From Lingula anatina (taxonomy: Eukaryota > Animalia > Brachiopoda), in contig CM120646.1 of NCBI GenBank assembly GCA_051362555.1, positions 13,268,001 to 13,332,000 of the forward strand: 64,000 bases of DNA. The letters run 5' to 3'. The notes under the pieces are model-generated. The model made no database searches. It was not told where the DNA came from and was given only the letters and a program-made list of their open reading frames with translations. Positions 30,824-42,800 of the stretch are shown piece by piece; the first letter of the stretch is position 1, and every line of letters starts with the position of its first letter. The translations under genes and the position numbers were made by a program.

Positions 30824-33800
30824 TTGTATACATGATGCAGTCCTTCACAATGTCAGTGCACTTTCCATATTATAAGCATATAACAAGTTGCTTATTTAAA
30901 TTCTAAAAAATATTTATCTAAAGGAGTTAATTATAATTGATTTAATGATTAACTTTACACATTGGAAGATTGGAGTATTAATTAATTCTAACCAATTTTA
31001 CCTGGAGCTACTGTAGGTGGCAGCACCACCTTTTCAGTTCCAATCTGACACACAAATGGCTGCTCCAGGAGACAGTTGCCATTTAAACTCCACTTTGCAT
31101 TGGCATCACCTGAGTAATTAATTCATAAGTCATTTAGAGAAACCAAAGAATAAACAGCTTTTGCTGTTGGCTTACAATACATGCAAACTAATAACACTTT
31201 ATTATGCATCTGAAATCAGAATATCCTTCCCATGGCCATACTGTTTATTGAAGGAAAACTAGAGGATCAGAGAGGCGATACCGCCTCCGAATATTGTACC
31301 ACCAGCTGGGGTAAGCGCGATCGTATAGACCCCCACACACACAAAAAGGGACGCCACCACCAGTCTTGTGCTTGACAAGCTGTAAAAATGCAATCAACAA
31401 GAATTCTCAAAATATGCAAAAAAAAAATATATATAACTAAAAATGGTACAATCAAAGTTCAGTTCATAGTAAGGTAGGTCAAAGGTCAATTTCCAGGTCA
31501 CAGTAAATTTGCAGTATATGACTTCCTATTCAAGTTCAATAGCAACTATGGACCTATCTCTGCCAGTTTTGGAGTTAAAAGAGAACCAAAATTTGTAAAC
31601 TTCAATTCATGATAAAAAGTAGGTCAAATGTAAATTTCAAGGTCACACTTAGTTTGCCAGTATATGACTTCCTATTCAAATTTAATAGTAACTATGGGCG
31701 TATCTTATCAGTTTTGGAAATAAAAGGGAACCAAAATTTGCAAAGTTAAGTTCATAGTTAAAAGTAGGTTAAAGGTCAATTTTAAGGTCACAGTAAATTG
31801 CCTCTAATGACTTCATATTCAAGTTCAATAGTAACTGTGGACCTATCTCTGCCAGTTTTGGAGATAAAAGGGAACGGAAATTTGCAAAGTTCAATTCCTG
31901 ATGAAAAGTAGGTCAAATGTCAATTTCAAGGTCACATTTAGATTGCCAGTATATGACTTCCTATTCAAGTTCAATAGTAACTATGGACCTATCTCTGCTA
32001 GTTTTGGAGATAAAAGGGAACAAAATTTGCAAAGTTCAGTTCATGGTTAAAAGTAGGTCAAAGGTCAATTTTAAGGTCACAGTAAATTGCCTCGTATGAC
32101 TTTTTATTCAAATTCAATAGTAACTATGGGCGTAACTCTGCCAGTTTTGAAAATAAAAGCATTAAAAAGTTGCAAAGTTCAGTTTATGGTGTGAAGTAGG
32201 TCAAAGGTCAATTTCAAGGTCACATTTAGATTGCCAGTATATGACTTCCTATTCAAGTTCAATAGTAACTATGGACCTATCTCTGCCAGTTTTGGAGATA
32301 AAAGGGAACCAAAATTTGTAAACTTCATATCATGATGAAAAGTAGGTCAAAGGTCAATTTCAAGGTCACACTTAGATTGCCTCGTATGACTTTCTATTCA
32401 AATTCAATAGTAACTATGGCATATCTCTGCCAGTCTTGAAAATAAAAGCATTAAAAAGTTGCAAAGTTCAGTTTATGGTGTAAAGTAGGTCAAAGGTCAA
32501 TTTCAAGGTCACATTTATATTGCCAGTACATGACTTCCTATTCAAGTTCAATAGTAACTATGGACCTTTCTCTGCTAGTTTTGGAGATAAAAGGGAACAA
32601 AATTTGCAAAGTTCAGTTCATGGTTAAAAGTAGGTCAAAGGTCAATTTTAAGGTCACAGTTAATTGCCTCGTATGACTTCCTATACAAATTCAATAGTAA
32701 CTATGGGCGTATCTCTGCCAGTTTTGAAAATAAAAGCATTAAAAATTTGCAAAGTTCAGTTCATGGTGTAAAGTAGGTCAAAGGTCAATTTCAAGGTCAC
32801 ATTAAGATTGCCAGTATATGACTTCCTATTCAAGTTCAATAGTAACTATGGACCTATCTCTGCCAGTTTTGGAGATAAAAGGGAACCAAAATTTGCAAAG
32901 TTGAATTCATGATGAAAAGTAGGTCAAAGGTCAATTTCAAGGTCACATTTAGATTGCCAGTATATGACTTCCTATTCAAATTCAATAGTAACCATAGACC
33001 TATCACTGCCAGTTTTGGAGATAAAAGGGAACAAAATTTGCAAAGTTCAGTTTATGGTGTAAAGTAGGTCAAAGGTCAATTTCAAGGTCACATTTAGATT
33101 GCCAGTATATGACTTCCTATTCAAGTTCAATAGTAACTATGGACCTATCTCTGCCAGTTTTGGAGATAAAAGGGAACCAAAATGTGCAAAGTTCAATTCA
33201 TGATGAGAAGTAGGTCAAAGGTCAATTTCAAGGTCACACTTAGATTGCCAGTATATGATTTCCTATTCAAGTTCAATAGTAACCATGGACCTATCTCTGC
33301 CAGTTTTGGAGATATAAGGGACTAAATGTTATAATTTTGGAGTTACAATAATGTGCCATAAATTTCGTACAGAAAAAATTAATTAAAATAAAGAAAAGGT
33401 CATTTTGGTCAAAATTTTTGAAATGGGAGGTGCTCTGAATTTCCAGATGTTCAAATTTGATGAAATAATGTCATTTATGACCACAGGTTGTCTGCCTCGC
33501 CAAGCCTTATGTTTTATTTTTCGGGAGTTCAAAATTTATTATCCATTACCGCACTGCACATTTTGCTTTCACCACCAATATGTACTTTTTGATACAGCGT
33601 AACTCGAAAACCGTATAGAATACAAAAAAACGGAGACCACCATCAGTATTGGGCTTTACATGCTCTACAAAATACAAAAAAGAATGGGTCTCTAGCACTA
33701 ACGGTTCCCGAATTAGAGACAGTTTTCAGTTTCGGTATCTTATGGCCGCTACTCCCATGAAAATGCACCGATTGACCCCAAATTCACAGAGATGAAAGAT

Positions 33801-36800
33801 GACCCAAAGGGTAATACTTCCCAATAATATTATTGGTTAAGTCTGTGTAGTGTCTGAATAACAGCGCAAAAAAATTTTTTTTCGTAAAAAATTCCGTTTT
33901 TTTGAAAATTTTGGCCCGTTTGACCTTGAAATAAAGGTCAAAGGTCAAATCCAAGGGCATATTTGAAATCTACACATATGACTTTTGGAAAGCTGTCTGT
34001 AGAAATTTTTCCCATAATTCCTTCCGTAGGGTAGATAATTAGCATTTAATTTTGCCATTTTTGGACAAGGGTGCATTGCAATGAGTGCCACACCTAGACC
34101 CCAATACCGACAAAGCCCAAATTTTACGTGGAACGAGTTGAGATTATAGGTGACCTAAATCCAAGAGATGGGTACGCAGTCCCTAGTAGTCTAGGAGGAG
34201 AAGCGGTAACGGTGACTTGGCGGCGGAGCCGCAGGAGCCGGCGGAGCCGCAGGAGCCGGCGGAGCCGCAGGAGCCGGCGGAACATACGGGTCGGGACTAA
34301 AACCATGTGTACCGCCAGCGCCTACGCTGGTGGTACAATAATCTAGTAACTTAAATAAATATTTCCAAATTTTAAATGACTTCACTGGAATATTTCACAA
34401 AATAAATAAATAACAAAATAATCATACTGTTTAAAATAAATTTGTTTAAGCAATTTATACATTATACTAAATTGATTCAGACTGTAGTATTTGATTTGGT
34501 TACATTCTTTCAGCACTTAACAATTTCAAGCTATTTGAGATTTGTGTGCCAGCAGTTGGCTAAGCTGGCCAGTTGGATGGAGTTTTACTGACCAGCAAAG
34601 ATCTGGACACAGGAGCTGTTGAGCTGACCACTGGGCTGGGTTGACCAGTTGGGTGAGGTTTTACTGACTGGTGTCCCATCCACCCACTCCAAATTGCTCC
34701 CATCAGAAGTTGCTATAATAGAAAAGATAATGGCATTCAATTTAATCATCTCACAAAATGATTCCTTTATATTTTTAATTCGTTCTTTTTTACAGAACTT
34801 TGAAAAGTATCTACACTTTAGTTAATTTTGAAAGTACTGTCAGTCATAATTTCAGCCATTATTTACTTTACACAGGCCAATGTTTAGGCAGGAAAAAAGT
34901 CCTGTTCTAATCAACTTTGGCTTATGTCAAAGGGGAAGAAATGATAAAATATGGAGTAAATAGAAGTGTAATATCTGAAATATTAGCAAGCCTAAGAGGG
35001 TTTAAATTGTTGATTTCAGAAATGGCCACTTTGTGTTAGGTATGCATTACTGTCACATCAATGTGCGTAAAATACATGTAGTTACAATCAGAAAATCAAA
35101 CTTCCAATTTAATTTCTTACAAATAGTTACAGTGATAAATTGTGAAAATAATTTGGCAGATGAGTACTGTTATGCCATACTGCCAACACATATCGTTAGT
35201 CACTTGCTTCATATCTTCCTTCCATGTGTTTCAGTAATTACATTTTGCATTTCATAAATTCTGAAAGGAGAGTAAAACACTCACTCTTGGCACCAATCCA
35301 AAATGAAGAACTCTGGCTAAACTCTCTTTTATTCAACTTCAAAAAATTTTGAACTTCTGGACTGAAAGAGCATAAAAACACAGCATTCATTGGTGATGCT
35401 ATCCGTAAATGATATGATCAAATTAATAAACTAATCACCCAGGAAAGTTTTAATAAAGAAATAGAGTCATTTGACCCTCTAGTAAGACCTTCAAGTCCAA
35501 TATGACAAATCCCAAGTACAAAAGGTCATCCAAATATTTGAAATTGTAATTAACCACATTAGGTTGCTTCATCAACATTATTATTAAATTTTGGTCTTAG
35601 CTTATACTGTGTGCTAAATTCAGACAGCCAACAATGTAAATTTTACTTTTAACTGCCTCCGCTAAAACTTATTTTAGACTTCAGTATTGTCATGAAACAG
35701 ACCACCCCACACACAAAAAGCCATTCTTACTTGTAAACTGTGACCATACTGCCTCCTTGTGAGTTACAGTAGTCAGCAGCATCTACAAAGGACAGCCTCA
35801 GGTTGGAGTTCAGTTGATAACACATGTTCTTGTTGATCTTCCATCCAGCCGCACAAGTTCCTGAAATATACAGTTGAATATAGGAATCAGTGAAAGCTCA
35901 TTCTATTTATTTTCTTAAGTCCAAAGAAATAAGATTATCTGCAATTCTTTTTTCTTAGTTTTCTGCAGTAATTTTTATTTGCAAAGGATATCAATTTGCC
36001 ATTCTGAATTAAGATAATTTTATTTTCTTTTTCAACAATTGCACTTTGAAATACAAATGTTTTCTATAACCACCCCAAAAGACAAACAAACAAACAAAAA
36101 TTAATATAGGGCTCAACCTGCACTAGTATATATAAAACTAACAGCCCCGTCTCAGATAAAAAAAGTTCAAGTACCAGTACTTCTTTCATAAAATGCTTAC
36201 TGTTGCTACAAAATTCTCAGTAATTAAGGTACCATATCAGTTTATTTCACATTACCTTCAGGTTTTTTACAAATGTATGGTCTTTCTACAGAACATTGAG
36301 CAGTGGCCCAAGACTCACTGGCTGTCAGTGCAGTAGTTATTATCTCAACACATGTTGTATTGGCTCTGGCTCTGAAGCAAATAAGAAATATGTGAAGACT
36401 ATTTTCTATCTTAGCAAACACAATGTGAAGTACAGCTTACACAAATCATAAGAAAATAGTGGATTTGAATGACCTAATGTTCTAGCCACTGATGTTTCTT
36501 CCACAGTTAAGTACTATTGCAAACAGATCTGTCAAGGTCTTCTCTTGAGCTATGGTTACTGAATCATCTGGCACAGTGCGACTTGACCATACTACATTTG
36601 TAATTGATTCTTTCATCTCACACAACACCACATAATAATTTCAACAAAACAGTGGTTTTCATAAAACAGTCACTATGGCATATCTGTCAATAATAATATC
36701 AAACACAAAATCTCAGTACAACCATCCACAATGGCACAATCTCAGCCTGTCACACCAAACGCAATGTAAAGTTATACTTTTCCACAAATGGCTGTCGCTG

Positions 36801-39800
36801 TGCCCATCTTGCAGTTGACCCAATTCCCAACTCATCTCCTGTCACCCACTGAAACTTGTTTGTTGGAGTAGTTGTAACCTAAACAGGAAAAAACAGAAAA
36901 ATTGAAATTAAAATCATTACAATGTGGTTCTCAAATCAACATCAATAATCAATTAATACAAACCATTTTTGTCTCTAATTTTGGATTCTGAGTGGTTCAC
37001 ATATGTCTACATATATGATACTAAAAAAAAAAATGTCCAAAATTTGACACTGGCCCAGATTTGAAAGTTAATGCCACCCAAATACCAACTTTATCAAAGC
37101 TGTACCTGCGTCATCATGCTATCAGGGCAAAACCACTCTGCATATTATATATGTAAGTAACATACCTTTGCCTTTAGACCAATCCAAGATGGCTTTCCTT
37201 TACACTTGACCGTATCCAGAAGGTACTGTTGCTCTGCATCAGTCTGTATATCTGGAAGATCAGCTCCATAACGTTGGCAGTCGGTCCTGTTCAAAAGAGA
37301 AAAGATTCCAAACAAAGTGCTAAATCACCCACCTGTCTGTAATACAACTGGGCTGTATCTACCTCCCTTTACATCTCTGGTGAGATCAGTAAATGGGCCC
37401 GTGGCCAGCTATTTCGAAGGGGGGTCTCTTTTTGATAAGAAATATCAATTTTTTTACCCTCTCCCAAAGGTTCCTGAGATGAGTACACCAAATTTTGATT
37501 GAGAATAGTTCTTTTTCTCAAGCCAAAAGACTGAAAAGATTGGTTTCTTCCTAACCCCCCCATCACCCCCCTCCCCATCTCCACCAAAGGGCATGATTAA
37601 AAGGCCTATACATGCTATACACAATAAACATGAGCTACCTAGCTTCATTCCAGTTCAGTTCTGTTTCAAAGTGTTTGTAACAGGAGCCCTCCACATCTTG
37701 CCAGTCTGGGGGACACTTGCTGGGTTTGCCTGGAACAAAAGTATCTCATTATTACGATAAAACTGAGTATTACGAAATGATGGCTTGAAAAATCTTAAAA
37801 TAAAATCTTCAGTCTAACGTCAACTGAGTTAATTACAATTCGATAAGTGACTCGATCTAGAACATGGCTGATTGTATAACTTATAGATAAATGCCAGTAT
37901 ATATCTTAGAGTACTTACCGCCTTCCCTCCCCCCCCCCATGTGAAATGTAGCTCTGTTTGTTATTTTAAAACACTAAATACGCAGATTAAGCTGCAACTT
38001 ACGATGTGAATCTGTATTTCAGTTTATCCACGGAAATAATTTGTAAAAAGGGCAATAACTATTTGCCGATAACTCTAGAAAAGTTTGTGGATATCTGTCG
38101 ATGAAATATAGCATGGCATTTGTAAAAACTTCTTCTTTTATAATTATTATTATCACTTCGTCAAAAGCACTTTCCTGCCTAGCAATGTGTTTGATCTTTT
38201 CAACATTTCATAGAATTTTTAAACTATTTGATTTTTAAAATACATGTAGGCTTACCTACAGTACTAGTATCTATCTATCTATCTAAACTGTAGGCCCTAT
38301 CTATTACCCAGAAATTCGTTGTAGAGGAGGTAATTAACAGCGCCTTTTAATTAAATGTATAATTGTTACACGCCTACCTTTCATGCTTTTGCATACGTAT
38401 GGCATAACATTGTCGCAGTTATTATCGTTCATCTTTCCGTTTGTTACCACTTCCCCGCAGTGCTCTATCCCGGCGTAGTTGTTAGGCTCTCCTGGGCTCC
38501 AAGTCCTAGAGGAATTAAAAGGAAAGGAAAAAATAACAGATGTCTTTCAAAGTTTTTGACGGCCGGAACACATGTGAAGAGCTCATCATAAACGGAGTTT
38601 TTAAAAAGGGCAATAAAGGTATACCAGAGCATTGGATATCGGCGGTACCGGGGTGTAAAGCGCTCGACTTTAATAACATGTTATATTTCAATCTCTTAAA
38701 TTAAGAAAAACAATAGATAGGTCTACGAGTACATGCAGAAGTGCTGAACATGCAAAAAGACATATAATTAGAATGGGCCAACTGAACTCTAAAAATGGCT
38801 TTATATTCGATAGTTTAACAGGCGCACGTAAAGGTATGAATTATGAAACAAAAATTAGGCATCACTTTTTTAAAAAAAATAATATCAATAAATACTGCTG
38901 TTATCTTAATCGATATTGTGTTAGCCTTTTTATTTTATTTTACTCATTTTATTTTCATTTTATTTATTTGCCGAAGCTATATAGGCTTAAATTGTTTCTA
39001 TTTTTATACTTACACAAGGGATGTGTCATTATTTCCGTCCTCCCACCGCCAGGAACCGCTGTTGTCGCTGTAACCGGACCACCACTGCCACGTGCGTGAA
39101 TCTTGCGCTTGATAAATCAACATTTGCTTCTTCAGCCAGTCCTTAAAGAACAAACAGAACAAAGTCATTATTCTTTTAAAAAAATAAAAAACTCTGTAAA
39201 CTTCAGTTACTATTAAAAATATTGTTGCTCTGAATACATTTGAAAATAAACTAGTTTTGTTTTGGACATTTTTTTTTAAATCAAGGAGGTGCTTGATTCC
39301 CATAGTATACTTCCCATAGTATAAATTCTAAAAAAATTAATTAATCAAAAACGCATAACTAATGTGTAATTTTAGAAAAAAATCTCATTTGGGGTAATGA
39401 GGTAAGGTTCACCTACATATCTTTGCACATGTTCCTAACATTTTTGAGAAGAGTAGTTTTCAGAACTGTGTACAAGATATTTTTCCCCTGCTTGCTGTGG
39501 GCCTCATGCCAAGGACCGGTTTATATGTGTCACTGGTTTGATAGGCCTATATCATCTGAGACTGGGTTCCCGTCCATGAATCGATCTAACAGGATTCGTC
39601 CATCTCCACGGGGTTTCTCGCTAAATTGCTTTCAACCTAAGTGGCTTAGATGTCTGGCACGCGCAGCCTGCCAAAACTGCTAAACGATAGTTAATTACCC
39701 CCTATTAGCTTCTGTAGGCGTGACAGACATCTTAGCCACTTTAAAAGTTAATCGAAATTAAGCGAGAATCCCCGTGGAGATAGTTAGATCCAAATTTAGT

Positions 39801-42800
39801 ACGATAGGGTCTGGGAATGGTCTCTGAGACACTAACCTTTTCTCCCTGAGATGAATATGAGAATAGATCTCCTTGTTGCGCTACGCATGCTGCCCTTGCC
39901 TCACTCCACGACTTCTTAACGTCATACGTATTGAACTGGTAGCAGTAGTCGGTGACTGGACTCTCCAGCCATCCCGGTGGACACAACTGACCGTGAGCTG
40001 GAAAATTCAGAAACAACGCCCTTGATTCATCAATGTATTATTCAGCATTTTATTTGGACATATAGGCCCTAAGGCGTGCGTTATAGTGTGATAAGAGCTA
40101 TATGCAAGTTGTATGTTGCTGTAGAAATACAATATTGTCCAGCCATCAAAATTCGCACAACTCATTATTCATCTTCCCATTAAATTGGTTAATATTACCT
40201 AAAACTTGTTTCGTTGGACTGATGAGCGGCTTTTACCTGCTTTTACGAAATTATGGATTAAATAAAAACCTGATAAAAATAGATAGAAACACTATCTAGG
40301 CCATCAGGGTTAAGTCTTGCGTTCAGCTGCTTGGAAATTAAATCTAGATTTATCAAATAACACGCTCCAAATAACAAACATCGAAGCGATAAAGGCATTG
40401 AAATAAAAATCTTAAAGGACAACTAACCCTTTGACATAATTTCAATAATCTTGCTGACAGCGTTTATTGAATAGAACAAAGACAACAGTTCTATACATTG
40501 TCCTTAGAGCTCATTTACACCGTTTTATATTTTTCCTCAGTGGTCTGAAGTATTCAAGCCTGTACAATACTGTATAATGCAATCTGTCAGGAAAAATGGC
40601 TCGGATGCGATAGTGAGTTCACATCCGTGACAACTGTGACTCATGTTAACGTGAAATGCCCCTATAAGACTAGGTTTCCATGCCTAGATCGATCTAACAG
40701 GATCGATCCATCTCCAAAGGGCTTCTCGCTAAATTGTTTTCAGCTTAACCGGTTAGACGTCTGGCACGGCTACTGGAGCTGCTATACGATAATTAATTAC
40801 CCCCTAGCAGCTTCAGTAAGCGTAACAGATATCTAAGCTTAAGTTGATTGCAATTTAGCGAGACATTATCCCCTTGAAGATAGATCGATCCACAGTTAGT
40901 ACGACTGGGTCTTGAAATGGTCCCTAAGATCTGCCTACTATGTTGAAGCATTGACTTTTTCCTTATAATAATAAAATGTATTTTATACATTAAAAGAATT
41001 GCTGATTTCCGCACAAGACAAATAAGCTGCTACATTGTAGGTGGCATCTACCAGAGCTGTCTTACGAAAGTTATGCTAAGCGTGGAGTAAGAATAGTACT
41101 TGTACATTGTGTAAACAATTTTTTCACTTTTGGTTTAAAAAAAATCCAATTTAACAGATGCCAGTTTAGTTTCATTTTGTTTATCGCTGGGTCGGTGGGT
41201 TATAAATGATACTTGACACCGTATTATTACTCCAGTAATTTTTTGTCCTTATTTTCAATAACCCATTGTTTTTCAAGGTAATGATTAACGCAGTGAAATA
41301 ATAATAATACGATACTTTTCTTCATACAAAGTACTACATGCAGATTTCTGACGCTCTAATTGAAAATAAAATAGCAATTTCGAATTATCAATTGTAAAAG
41401 TGTGTCTTTCTGAAAAGCTTTTATCTTAAAGAAGGGTCAACATATGCTCACGTGTTTAAAGTTACAAATGCGGTCGTAATAATTGATGAAAGAGAGTTAA
41501 AACAATGCAGTTAACGAACTACAAAAGCTAGGTAGGGGAATAAGGTTACTTCTTATCAGAGATGACAATAGGATTAACACTTCTTGTTATGGTATTGAGA
41601 GGCTAGATGAGACCAAAAGTTACTATACCATAATATCACGGGTTAATTATAATAAGTCACTGATTAACTTATGTTGCGACCTTATCTTTAGAGGGTCCTC
41701 TTTGATACATAACCATCTTCAAAACAAAATAAACACCAACCTGCGGCGAGGGTTGATACATATCACTCAGGTAAATATTTTTAATTCAGTGGGTCAACTA
41801 CTTTGCCTAATTAAATCCTCTACCTTTTCTGGGCGCTTAAACGTCCCCGGTGTCAATTTTTTAATTTGCGTATACCCCCTCCCAACACACACACACACAC
41901 ACACACACAAACGCACGTGCGCTTGAACGAACGTATTGATACGTTGATTCAACCTATGAGTAATATGTCTATTTGTCCTATAACTGAAACTAACCCTAGA
42001 TGATATAATAGCCTGATCACGAGATGTGTTCACGTAGGTACAGGTTCACATTATTGTATAGATATAGATATTTGACTCTCTGAAATTCTTGGGGTTTTCC
42101 CTATAACTTACACAATTATATTTTTCATGGCAAACATAAAGTTAGTATCAGCTATGCTGAAACTTATTTTCATTGAAAAACAAAGTGTTCTTTAATAAGG
42201 CGTTCATTGTTATCTGAAACGCTATATTACATGTAAGTAAGATCCCGTTTGTTGCTGAAAGGAATTGATTTAGCGCGATCAATTGTCATGATTTCTTTTG
42301 GTGCCCTGTGCAATATTTAAAAAAAATATTCCGGCCTTAGACATAAGTTTAGTTTTAAAATAACAGAAATGCAAATGAGAGAATGTTTCATCATATCCTG
42401 CACTATCCATTCTGTAATCAGGTACTTTTATTTGAGGGGTTTAGGCACTTTTGAAGAAAGGATTGGGAAAGGCAAGTAGCCACGTTTCAAATGCATATAA
42501 ATGCGGCTTTAGAATATGAGTTAACCTTTATAGAACTTTTATTCTAGAAATGACCCAACTTATAAGCAAGTCATGGCAGTCGTGGCCGAGTGGTTAAGGC
42601 GACAGACTAGAAATCTGTTGGGGTCTCCCCGCACAGGTTCGAATCCTGTCGATTGCGTATGGGTCCTTTTTTTTTCTGCAGTATCTGTCATAACAGGTGT
42701 TTTAAAATTTGACGAAACAAGTGCAAAAGCTACTGCCCTTGCCAATAAAAACTTGCACTAAACAAAATTGAGAGTGAAAAAATGCATCAACGCATCGCCG

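Noticed and set aside
26195-33322. Regularly spaced repeats resembling a CRISPR array, and repeated ~100-aa ORFs (26632, 27073)
   Set aside because: Whole monomers repeat with no unique spacers, there are no cas genes, and the context is a eukaryotic intron. The ORFs are by-products of the satellite.
34124-34385. Protamine-like (RSRRSRR), PPAPAA and LRRLLR ORFs
   Set aside because: They are translations of the 9/18-bp GC repeat in the HINE terminus; no splice context, and the frame is not preserved in copy 1.
41741-41800. Possible alternative first exon (MYQPSPQ|gttggt) of gene A
   Set aside because: No signal peptide, and phase 0 does not fit the phase-1 acceptor at 39997. The 44754-44814 exon fits both criteria.
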